IMG/VR virus record: IMGVR_UViG_3300032236_000747
Coordinates: 1-64,000 of that record
Strand: one strand, 5' to 3'
Length of the DNA: 64,000 nucleotides
Shown here: positions 34,628-43,761 of the stretch, piece after piece
Layout of the letters: every line of letters starts with the position of its first letter
How positions within the stretch are numbered: position 1 is the first letter of the stretch
Position numbers and translations under genes: made by a program
Notes under the pieces: model-generated
The model's input: the letters and a program-made list of their open reading frames with translations, nothing else
Databases searched by the model: none
What the model was told of the DNA's origin: nothing

Positions 34628-34903
34628 TTTAGTTACTGTCTTTTTAGCAGCAACTTTTTTAGCAGCAGGCTTCTTAGCAGGAGCCTTTTCTGCTTTTGCA
34701 GCACGTGGTTTACGTGCTTTCTTAGCAGGTTCTTCCGCTACAGGAGCAGCTTCTTCAACTACTGGTGCTACAGGAGCAGGCGCTACAGGAGTTTCAACTT
34801 TGTAAGGAGCAGCTTCTTCGACTACTGCTTCTTCTTTTTTCTTTCTATTTACTACTAATACAACGATAGCAACAATAGCGATAATACCAATTAATATTTC
34901 CAT
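34613..34903 (-). CDS. Membrane-anchored Pro/Ala/Lys-rich protein
   Basis: N-terminal TM, PAKK repeats, AAGGA RBS, TAAATA upstream. Confidence 0.75.
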   Translation of the reverse strand: MEILIGIIAIVAIVVLVVNRKKKEEAVVEEAAPYKVETPVAPAPVAPVVEEAAPVAEEPAKKARKPRAAKAEKAPAKKPAAKKVAAKKTVTKSKKA

Positions 34904-34944
34904 GATGGATTCCTTTTAAAAAACTAATAAAGTATTTACTTGAC

Positions 34945-34952
34945 TATAAATA
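34945..34952 (+). promoter_or_regulatory. T4-like late promoter (divergent partner at 34933-34938, minus)
   Basis: TATAAATA. Confidence 0.6.
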
Positions 34953-34970
34953 TCTATGGAACAGAAAAGA

Positions 34971-35104
34971 ATCTAGGTGTTGGGTGCCGATTTACCGTGT
35001 AGCCACATTGGCTGTGCTAAAAAAAGAAATAGGGAAAATTCATAGCTTGCGGATCCTCGGATGCCCTATTGACCACCCAACAAGATATTTAATCGGATTT
35101 AGAT
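34971..35104 (+). ncRNA. Candidate pseudoknotted leader RNA upstream of SOD
   Basis: Five helices, two of which cross (see findings). Confidence 0.5.
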
Positions 35105-35106
35105 AG

Positions 35107-35661
35107 ATGTACAACTTTATAAAGTCTCTAAACGAAGGATCAAGAAAGAAACTAACTCAAGTTTCTTTACCCTATTCACGAGACGGATTAGGACGTAGCC
35201 TAAGTAAAAACACTATAAACTACCACTACGGTAAACTCTACAAAGCATATGTTGATAGATACAACAGTGGAGAGGGCGATGCTGACTTCAATGAAGCCGG
35301 TGCTTTTTTACACAGTATATATTTTACACAGTTTAGATCGCCTAAGGGTAGCAACAAACCCACAGATACATCAAAAGATTTTATCGAACAGCATTTTAAA
35401 TCCTGGGAAAAGTTTACAGCAGCCTTTGAAAAAGAAGCAATGTCGATACAGGGCAGCGGATGGGTTTATTTGGCCAAGGATGGTAAGATCAAAACTATTA
35501 AGAATCACGAAATCAAAAATGATATTGTGTTATTGATAGACTGGTGGGAACATGCATGGGCATTAGACTATCAAGCAGACAAATCAGGATATTTAAACAA
35601 CCAATGGAAGATTATAGATTGGGATGTTATTAACATAAGATTAGAAGGAGGTGCTTTGTAA
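35107..35661 (+). CDS. Fe/Mn superoxide dismutase
   Basis: LPY, H ligands, GSGW, DWWEHA. Confidence 0.92.
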   Translation: MYNFIKSLNEGSRKKLTQVSLPYSRDGLGRSLSKNTINYHYGKLYKAYVDRYNSGEGDADFNEAGAFLHSIYFTQFRSPKGSNKPTDTSKDFIEQHFKSWEKFTAAFEKEAMSIQGSGWVYLAKDGKIKTIKNHEIKNDIVLLIDWWEHAWALDYQADKSGYLNNQWKIIDWDVINIRLEGGAL

Positions 35662-35674
35662 TCACGGGTGTCAT

Positions 35675-35703
35675 TTGACAGAAATCAAACTATAACTTAT
35701 AAT
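35675..35703 (+). promoter_or_regulatory. sigma70-type promoter, leaderless transcript
   Basis: TTGACA-17-TATAAT; ATG 35710 6 nt downstream. Confidence 0.85.
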
Positions 35704-35709
35704 ATTAAA

Positions 35710-36438
35710 ATGTTAAAAATAAAAAACGTATCTGCGGTAATCGATACAACACAAATACTAACCGATATTAACCTAGAAGTAAAAGAGGGCGAGATACATG
35801 CTATCATTGGCCCTAAGTCCAGCGGTAAGAGCACGTTGGCACACGTTATACAAGGAAACCCTTACATTACACAAAGCGCCGGAAATCTATTATTCCACGG
35901 CAAAGAAATACGTAAACTCAAAGCGCACAGGCGCAGCGAAATAGGAATATTCACAGCATTCCAACACCCACCAGAGATTGAAGGTCTTAGTAATCTAGAT
36001 CTAATAAAAGCATTATTCGAAGCTCGTGTAGGCGGATTGTTTACACCAGAAGTAGAAGTGTCTTACAGAACATTATTAGATGCTATCGGACTTCATCCTA
36101 AGTTCTGTGACGAACCAGTTAACAGTGACATCTTATCCCCCGAAGAATGGCGCAAAAGCGAAATCGTACAAATGGTAATGCTATTACCAGAACTTATTAT
36201 CTTAGATGAAATCGAATCAGATTTATCTGAATCAGCGTTATCGGCTGTAGCTCAGATACTTAAAAACTATCTAGAAGATCAAAAGAAAGGAGTTATTGTA
36301 ATCACACACAGTAAAAGTCTGTTAGACATTTTAGAACCATCTCATGTCCATGTGTTAGTTGATGGCGAGATCCGTGAATCAGGCACGGCAGAACTTTATA
36401 AAAGGATTTTAGAAGATGGCTATCCACAGTTTTCTTAA
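35710..36438 (+). CDS. sufC: SufC-like ABC ATPase (divergent)
   Basis: MLKIKNV, GPKSSGKST, AFQHPPEI.G, ILDE, ITH, HVHVL. Confidence 0.85.
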   Translation: MLKIKNVSAVIDTTQILTDINLEVKEGEIHAIIGPKSSGKSTLAHVIQGNPYITQSAGNLLFHGKEIRKLKAHRRSEIGIFTAFQHPPEIEGLSNLDLIKALFEARVGGLFTPEVEVSYRTLLDAIGLHPKFCDEPVNSDILSPEEWRKSEIVQMVMLLPELIILDEIESDLSESALSAVAQILKNYLEDQKKGVIVITHSKSLLDILEPSHVHVLVDGEIRESGTAELYKRILEDGYPQFS

Positions 36439-37237
36439 AGCTGTAAAAGGCGACCCAGATTGGACATTTACCCCTGAGCAGTATTTCGGTAAAGAATTCA
36501 AAATAATCGATGCTAGTTCCATCGAAGTAGCAGCAGGTGTCAAGGATCAAATGACCTTGAGACAAAACCCTACTGAAAAAGAACTATTGGCAAAAAACAT
36601 ACAAATAGAGCTTAGGGAAGGTAGTCAGCTAGACATGCTGATACTAAACGAAGCAGACAAGCGTTTACAGCAGGTATGTATGTACGATATCATGCTTAGG
36701 GAAGGTAGTATACTTAACCTCGGCGTGTTTATTAAAGACGGTAAGTTTAATAAGCACATTATACAGATTCGCATGGAAACAGGCGCCGTGTTTAGTGCGT
36801 TCGGTCTAATGACCAACGATGTAGGCGGTGATACTGAAATCATCACTAAGATTATTCATCAACATCCGCAAACACAAAGCAGGCAACTGATCCTAGGACG
36901 CTCTAGTGACAATAGTCAAACTGCCTATCAATCCACAGTGGTACTAGATAAAGGTAGTAATGGCAGCGAAGCTAGCGTAGAGAATATGAATCTTACCATA
37001 GGCGATAACTGTAGATGCTTTAGTAAACCAGAGATATATGCTGATTGTAACTCTGTTAAGAGTAGTATAGGTAGTATGACTGAAAAACTAGATGGCGAAA
37101 AGATCTACTATCTACAAAGCAGAGGACTAAGTCCAGAAAAAGCTGTAGAAACTGTGGTTAAAAGTTTCCAAAATCAAGTTATCAACTTACTAAATCACGA
37201 AGATCTCAAACAAGAAGTACGAGAAGTATTCCTGTAA
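36416..37237 (+). CDS. SufB/SufD-family beta-helix protein (divergent)
   Basis: SKPEIY, YYLQSRGL C-terminal motif; coupled to sufC. Confidence 0.8.
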   Translation: MAIHSFLKAVKGDPDWTFTPEQYFGKEFKIIDASSIEVAAGVKDQMTLRQNPTEKELLAKNIQIELREGSQLDMLILNEADKRLQQVCMYDIMLREGSILNLGVFIKDGKFNKHIIQIRMETGAVFSAFGLMTNDVGGDTEIITKIIHQHPQTQSRQLILGRSSDNSQTAYQSTVVLDKGSNGSEASVENMNLTIGDNCRCFSKPEIYADCNSVKSSIGSMTEKLDGEKIYYLQSRGLSPEKAVETVVKSFQNQVINLLNHEDLKQEVREVFL

Positions 37238-37344
37238 ATTCCTCAGTTCATGCCATAATGACGTTTTTACTTTTTAGGTAAATATCATTATGGTATGAAA
37301 AGTAACCAGAAATTTCAATAAATATGGTTACATAGAGGAATAGA

Positions 37345-40300
37345 ATGTCTTATAACAAAATCAACATCGGGCAACAGGCCAATGACGGCACTGGAGATAG
37401 TATTAGAGCTGCTTTCCAAAAAGCGGATTCTATGTTCCAAGAACTGTATCAAATATCCACCGGCGGTACTGGATTAAGATTCACCAAGTTTTTAGATACT
37501 CCCCAGGCTTATATTCCTAGCTCTGTAACTACAGCTACTATTCTAGCTGTTGATAACTACGGAAATACACTTACACAAAAATCACTAGTAGCCGGCAGTG
37601 GCATTTACATCGTTAATAGTTCTACTAACCAGTTAATAATTAATGCTACTACAAGTAGCTTGTTTTCAGATACAAACCCTACACTATCTCGTAATCTACT
37701 TGGTGGCGGTATTCCTGGTCAAATAGGTACTGGTTATCAAGCAAAGTATTTTAATGACCCGTCTGATGCCCAAGATCTAGCTACTAAAAACTACGTAGAT
37801 ACCAATAGTCCATATAGTTCAATTAACATATATGTTAGCACAAACGGATACAGTCCCACAGGTGCCAACGGAATTAAATCATTTGCTAGTGCAGGTATTC
37901 CTTCACAAAAGTGGGGACGTAGTCTAGCATACGCATTCAGATATATCAATGATGCTGCTCAACTAGCAGAAAGTGTTATTAATACAGCTAGCTCTGTGCT
38001 AAGTTCATACGAGCAATACATGACCTATAATAACGGTCTTATAACTGCTACCATTTATGCTGTAGTTCCTAGTCCTGTAGTTCCTGGTTCTACACGTATA
38101 TTGTTTAACTACGGCGATTATAGTGTAAACGGAACTGACCAGTTCCTAGCATTTCCAACACCAAACGTTCGCCCAGGACAATATTTCCTAGGTGGAAACT
38201 CAACTGCTGTCGGCTTTATTCAAGCGTTCGGCGATTATTCTACCGTAGGCATTAGTTACTTTAATAGTGCCACTTGTTATAGAGACACTGGTCTAATCAT
38301 CGATGCCGTTGCCTTCGACATGGCTTTCCCTAACTCAAAGAGTCAGGTAACATTTGCCGGTCTTCAATACTGGAGTCAGTCTAACTATGTCGGTGCTATA
38401 GCTTCAGAAATAACAACTACTACTTCAGCAATAACTCAACTAAAGTTTTTGGTACAAAAGATTGTACAAAGTAATACAACGTTTACAAAGTATTCTAGTG
38501 GTTCACAGATTACAAATTCTAATCACGGTGGCGCCACTGAAGCATCTATGGTATCTGCAGATGTTCAAGTCATCTTAGATATTCTAAACAATGGTACGAA
38601 AGGCGTTACTGATAAAATAGTACCTAATAGTTTAACTTCTAGTACAACTGCCACTGTTTGGTATTCCTACAATCTATTACAACAAAATAAATCATTCTTA
38701 CAACAAGAAATCAATGCTTACATAACTGCAACTAATGCAGGTTATGTATATGACTCTATTAAATGTGCTCGCGATGTAGGATACATGGTTGATAGCATTA
38801 GCTTTGACTTGTTATACGGCGGCAATAGACAAGCTATTCAAAGCGGTGTTTACTATTATGGATATAGTACTTCCAGTGTCATTGCCTACGAACTAACACA
38901 GACACTTGCTGCGTATAATCACATCAACGCAATATTACCTAACATTATACAGGGTATTGCTATTACACCCACTGTAGGCAATACTGTAGGTCAAGTAACT
39001 GCAGGATACGGTGTCGGTGGCGCAACACAGGTCACCACTGCTACTACTTTACTATCAACCATTACTAATATTATTGCCAATGGTCCAAGCGTAGCATCTA
39101 CTCCTAGTCCTATATCTCTTGTAGCGAATTCTAACACCACTACATATAGTGCAGCAAGGTTATTAGAAGCTAACAGAACATTTATCCAGGCAGAAACATT
39201 AGCCTATATATCATACACATATTCAAAGCCAGTCGAATACTATGACGTATATAATACAGGTACTGCGTTTGTACCAGGCGAACCTGTATTGTTCTCTTAT
39301 CAAGTTCCTAAACCACAGATTACTATCTTAGTAGAAAGTGGTATATATGAAGAACAACTACCTATTAAACTTGCCGCTAACGTTAGTTTAAAAGGTGAAG
39401 AAAGTCGTCGTACTATTATTCAACCTGCTCCATTAACTAGTACAAGTAAGTGGGCAAAAACATTCTTTAGAAGAGATAACAACTTTGACGGTTTAACTAA
39501 CAGCAGTCCTGCTAACGCCGGCCAAGGTCTAGCGATTCCTGGACAAGAATATGGTTACCATTATCTAACAGACGCAACAAATCCTAATAGCACACCAAAG
39601 CTAAATTCACAAATGGACGTATTCCTGTTAAATGATGCAAACATTGTTACAGGTCTTACTTCGCAAGGGCACGGAGGATTTATGTGTGTATTTGATCCAC
39701 AGGGTCAAATCTTAACAAAATCTCCTTACATTTATAAAGCCACAAGTTTTAGTTTTAGCATTAACCAACAAGTATTTTCAGGTGGTGTATATGTTGACGG
39801 ATTCGTAGGTAACCTACAAATAGTTCCTGCGGCGGCTACTACTGGTACATATTACACAGGTACATATACTATATCAGTAGCAAGTCCTGCAGCTGGCCAA
39901 GGTCTATACGCAAGAAACCCACCTATGCCGGTTACCTTCTATAGTCTAGGTAATAGATATCAAGTTGCTTATGTAACTAACTATAACCAGGTAGCAGGTA
40001 CCGCAGTATTGAATATCAACCCTTATTTCTTAGGTGGCGGTATTTCTTACCCTAGCGGTGTTATACCTATTGCCAGCGGTGGTGGAACAGGATACAGTAC
40101 AGCGCCTACAGTTATTTTTAGTGCGCCGGATCAAGCAGCCGGACACACGGCCGCAGGTGTTGCTAACCTCAACGCCGGTGTAGTAACTTCTATCACTGTT
40201 ACTAACCCAGGTAGCGGATATACAAACCCAGTTAATGTAAGTTTCCAAGGTGGTGGACCGGTTACAACTGCTACTAGTTTTACTATTAGTACTAGTTCTA

Positions 40301-43300
40301 TTAAACAAGGTTTCATCGGATATCTACCAAGTATCATAGAACTTAATACCCCTGGTAACAAGAGTATGTTGACTGCGGACTTTACGCAGATGAACGATCT
40401 CGGTTATGGTATTATTTCTACAAACAACGGTACCATGGAAGCTGTATCGGTGTTCACATATTATAACCACACAGGTTACTATGCTAAGAACGGGGGAGCT
40501 ATTAGAAGCTTGAACGGTAGTACAGCATTCGGTGACTACGCACTAAAAGCAGAAGGTGCTGACCCTAACGAAGTTCCAACAATTATTACCCTACAAGCTG
40601 ATATGATATCAACTGCTACGGTAGTAAATGCTAACTGGACATCATTATACGGCGGTATTAATGCTACAAACAATACCGGATCTAATACTCTTATTGTAAG
40701 AAATCCTTACTCATTAAGTCAAGGATTCGCTTATCCTGATATTTCAGTCTACGCAAATAGCCAGGTAGAGTTTAACTATGGTCTAACCAGCGGTGGACCT
40801 AATAACGGAACGTTGGGTCTACAACAGTTCAATGTTGTTTCTGCTACCACAGTTTCTAATACCGTTACTAACTCAGGCGGTTGGTTAATACAACTACAAC
40901 TAGCAACATCATTAGTAGGCGGATCAAATGGATTACCTGCTCCTATTAACAGTGGCACCATTGTTACTATTAGGGGTCAGCAACAGTTCATGATCCAAGG
41001 TTTAAATAGACGAAATCTAATAGATCCAAACTTAACTGCTGTTCTATTTTCAGATTCTACAAGCTCGTATAGCATAGCAGCTATTACTGATATTAGTTCT
41101 GCGACCAGCGGTTATAGTGATTTATCATTAAGTGGCTCTTGGAGTTACGTAGGATTATCTACATGGAACAGCAGTACATACGTAGCCACAGCTACTAGTA
41201 CAAGTATAAGAATAAACCCATTAAGTACTACATCCGGTGACGGTGCTAGATTAATAAAGAGCTTAGGCGGCTCTTCTTCTACTCAATACATATTTGGGTG
41301 GAATGGAACTGTGCATAGAGTTACAGGGTACACATATGCTACTGGTGGTCTAACCTATGACACCATAACATTTACTCCTGCATTAACTTCAACTGTTACA
41401 AACTATTCATTATCAAATCCTTATATAAACGTAAGTTTACCAGCAGGTATTAGATATCTAACAACTGGTAGTGTCTATACAAAGATATCAACTATGCGTG
41501 CCACTGGTGCAGATATGTTTAATATCGGAGTTGGAGGATATGACTCAGCTAGATATCCAAACGATATTTACGGACCAAGTACAAAACTACCAAATGCTTC
41601 CAATGAAAGAACTAGTATCGGACAAGGTAGAGTATTTGCAGTAACTACTGACCAAGACGGTAACTTTAGAGTTGGTGACTTCTTTGCTGTTAACCAAGCA
41701 TCTGGTTCTGTAACTATTAACTCCAACATTAACTTGTCCGGCGTAAGTGGATTACAATTCCAAAAAGGTGTACTAGTAAATGAGTTTAGCACAGACGACA
41801 CACTGGGCGCAGGAAGTAACTCAAGCGTTCCTGTACAAACTGCTATTATTGGATACATCAATCACAGACTAGGTTTAGATGTAAACAACGGTACAGTTGC
41901 TAGGATTGGTTCGGGTTACTTAGACCTAAACGGTAACCAAGCAATGACCGGCGGCCTAAAGATGGCTGCTCACAATATCACAATGTCCAATGGCGCCATT
42001 GACATGGGCGGTAGTGGTCAGTCTGCTCGAGTACTATCCGGGCAGATCACTAACCTAACTACAACAACTACCGGCGGTAGTTTGATGGATGTCATCAACA
42101 AAGGATATGCTGATACTAAGATCAGCATAGCAGGAACAAGTACTGTTGATAGTTCTACCGGTGTTATAACTCCAGCCAACGGCATAATGACTGGTGGATT
42201 GATATTGAATGGCGACCCAATGCCAGGTAATGACGGTAGCAGGGCTGCTTCAAAGAGATACGTTGATCAGATTAGACAGATCACAGCAATGAGTGACGTT
42301 AAGTTTTCTAATCCAACCGATACTGACTTTGTTATATTTGGATCAAACACCTTTGTTGCCAACACTTCAACTGTAGGGTCTACTACAAGTACCGCGTATC
42401 CAATATGGAACTACGCAAGACAGGTTATTAATGCCACAGTTACACCCACAAGTGATATTGGGTTTAGTCGTTCAGGCAATAACATAGCAGTAACAATCAA
42501 CGCAAACACTATTACTAACGCACAAATCTGTTCATCGGCAGGTATACAACAAAGTAAGTTAACATTGAACTGTTCGATTATATGCAGTTCTGCTCCTACA
42601 AGTTATCAACAAAACTCGTTAGGATTGTCTAACTTTGATAGCACTTACTTCTGTTCATGCTATGGCTGGATAACATTATGCACACCTAGTACATTAGTTG
42701 TTAACAAAGCATGTTGTGTAGGCAATACACTAAGTGCTGGAACAGGTATTTGCGCATGTGCCGGTGCTAACACATTTAACGGTTCGGCAGCTGCAACATG
42801 GTGCGTATACGCAGGATGTGCAAATACCATTAACGGAATTGTTTGTAGAGACGGTAGTGGAAACTTTGCTGCAGGTACAATATGCGCAGCACTTGTAGGT
42901 AATGCTGCTAGTGCTACCTATGCTTCATGTACTTGTGGAAATGCCGCAAGTTCATGTTGTTCAAATCTTGCGTTTGGCCTGTGTGGTGCTGGTGCTGCTA
43001 TCTACGGAACCATGGGCACTTCATATTCAAACGCAGTTCAGGTTCGCGAAATGGGCCTAGGTGGAACCCAAAACGGTTCCGGGTGTTGGAATCCAAGATT
43101 AGCATTCCACTGGAGTGGTAGAGTAGCAAGTTCTATTACTATGTGTAATGATGGTAACTTTGCCTTTGCTGACAATCCAGGTACAGGATTAATGAACGTA
43201 TGTGCTAGCACTTTTGTTGGTGCGTTGTCGGGTAATGCTAGTTCAGCAAGTGCTATTAGTGGATATAACAATCCAGATTCTGCTGTTAGTGCTAGTACTA

Positions 43301-43758
43301 TAGCCTACAGAACTAGTGGTGCTAATCTCTGTGCCTGTTGTTTTATATCTAGCGGATGTTTTTCAGGTCTAGCTTCAAGTGCCAAATATGCTGACTTGGC
43401 AGAAAACTATCAAGCAGACTGCGGATATAAGCCCTGCACAGTTTTAGAGTTCGGTGGTGTATGTGAAGTTACTGTAGCATCAACAGGCACACGTGCCGTA
43501 GCTGGAGTTGTTTCTACAAACCCAGCTTATAGAATGAATGACGGGTTAGTTGGCGATAATGTAGTAGCTCTAGCATTAACTGGTCGAGTTCCTTGTTTAG
43601 TTAAAGGTCCTATCAAGAAAGGAGACATGCTTGTGTCAGCAGGCGGAGGATACGCTATGGCAGATCCTGATCCTAAACTAGGTAGTGTAATAGGAAAGGC
43701 CCTTGAAGATTTTAACAGCGAAGAAGGTGTAATAGAAGTTGTTGTAGGAAGAATGTAA
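37345..43758 (+). CDS. Very large tail fibre/baseplate-like virion protein
   Basis: N-terminal INIG..ANDGTGD.IR.AF.K motif, C.RD repeats, C-terminal ADLAENY..GRVP..GKAL domain; TAAATA promoters. Confidence 0.8.
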   Translation: MSYNKINIGQQANDGTGDSIRAAFQKADSMFQELYQISTGGTGLRFTKFLDTPQAYIPSSVTTATILAVDNYGNTLTQKSLVAGSGIYIVNSSTNQLIINATTSSLFSDTNPTLSRNLLGGGIPGQIGTGYQAKYFNDPSDAQDLATKNYVDTNSPYSSINIYVSTNGYSPTGANGIKSFASAGIPSQKWGRSLAYAFRYINDAAQLAESVINTASSVLSSYEQYMTYNNGLITATIYAVVPSPVVPGSTRILFNYGDYSVNGTDQFLAFPTPNVRPGQYFLGGNSTAVGFIQAFGDYSTVGISYFNSATCYRDTGLIIDAVAFDMAFPNSKSQVTFAGLQYWSQSNYVGAIASEITTTTSAITQLKFLVQKIVQSNTTFTKYSSGSQITNSNHGGATEASMVSADVQVILDILNNGTKGVTDKIVPNSLTSSTTATVWYSYNLLQQNKSFLQQEINAYITATNAGYVYDSIKCARDVGYMVDSISFDLLYGGNRQAIQSGVYYYGYSTSSVIAYELTQTLAAYNHINAILPNIIQGIAITPTVGNTVGQVTAGYGVGGATQVTTATTLLSTITNIIANGPSVASTPSPISLVANSNTTTYSAARLLEANRTFIQAETLAYISYTYSKPVEYYDVYNTGTAFVPGEPVLFSYQVPKPQITILVESGIYEEQLPIKLAANVSLKGEESRRTIIQPAPLTSTSKWAKTFFRRDNNFDGLTNSSPANAGQGLAIPGQEYGYHYLTDATNPNSTPKLNSQMDVFLLNDANIVTGLTSQGHGGFMCVFDPQGQILTKSPYIYKATSFSFSINQQVFSGGVYVDGFVGNLQIVPAAATTGTYYTGTYTISVASPAAGQGLYARNPPMPVTFYSLGNRYQVAYVTNYNQVAGTAVLNINPYFLGGGISYPSGVIPIASGGGTGYSTAPTVIFSAPDQAAGHTAAGVANLNAGVVTSITVTNPGSGYTNPVNVSFQGGGPVTTATSFTISTSSIKQGFIGYLPSIIELNTPGNKSMLTADFTQMNDLGYGIISTNNGTMEAVSVFTYYNHTGYYAKNGGAIRSLNGSTAFGDYALKAEGADPNEVPTIITLQADMISTATVVNANWTSLYGGINATNNTGSNTLIVRNPYSLSQGFAYPDISVYANSQVEFNYGLTSGGPNNGTLGLQQFNVVSATTVSNTVTNSGGWLIQLQLATSLVGGSNGLPAPINSGTIVTIRGQQQFMIQGLNRRNLIDPNLTAVLFSDSTSSYSIAAITDISSATSGYSDLSLSGSWSYVGLSTWNSSTYVATATSTSIRINPLSTTSGDGARLIKSLGGSSSTQYIFGWNGTVHRVTGYTYATGGLTYDTITFTPALTSTVTNYSLSNPYINVSLPAGIRYLTTGSVYTKISTMRATGADMFNIGVGGYDSARYPNDIYGPSTKLPNASNERTSIGQGRVFAVTTDQDGNFRVGDFFAVNQASGSVTINSNINLSGVSGLQFQKGVLVNEFSTDDTLGAGSNSSVPVQTAIIGYINHRLGLDVNNGTVARIGSGYLDLNGNQAMTGGLKMAAHNITMSNGAIDMGGSGQSARVLSGQITNLTTTTTGGSLMDVINKGYADTKISIAGTSTVDSSTGVITPANGIMTGGLILNGDPMPGNDGSRAASKRYVDQIRQITAMSDVKFSNPTDTDFVIFGSNTFVANTSTVGSTTSTAYPIWNYARQVINATVTPTSDIGFSRSGNNIAVTINANTITNAQICSSAGIQQSKLTLNCSIICSSAPTSYQQNSLGLSNFDSTYFCSCYGWITLCTPSTLVVNKACCVGNTLSAGTGICACAGANTFNGSAAATWCVYAGCANTINGIVCRDGSGNFAAGTICAALVGNAASATYASCTCGNAASSCCSNLAFGLCGAGAAIYGTMGTSYSNAVQVREMGLGGTQNGSGCWNPRLAFHWSGRVASSITMCNDGNFAFADNPGTGLMNVCASTFVGALSGNASSASAISGYNNPDSAVSASTIAYRTSGANLCACCFISSGCFSGLASSAKYADLAENYQADCGYKPCTVLEFGGVCEVTVASTGTRAVAGVVSTNPAYRMNDGLVGDNVVALALTGRVPCLVKGPIKKGDMLVSAGGGYAMADPDPKLGSVIGKALEDFNSEEGVIEVVVGRM

Positions 43759-43761
43759 ACT

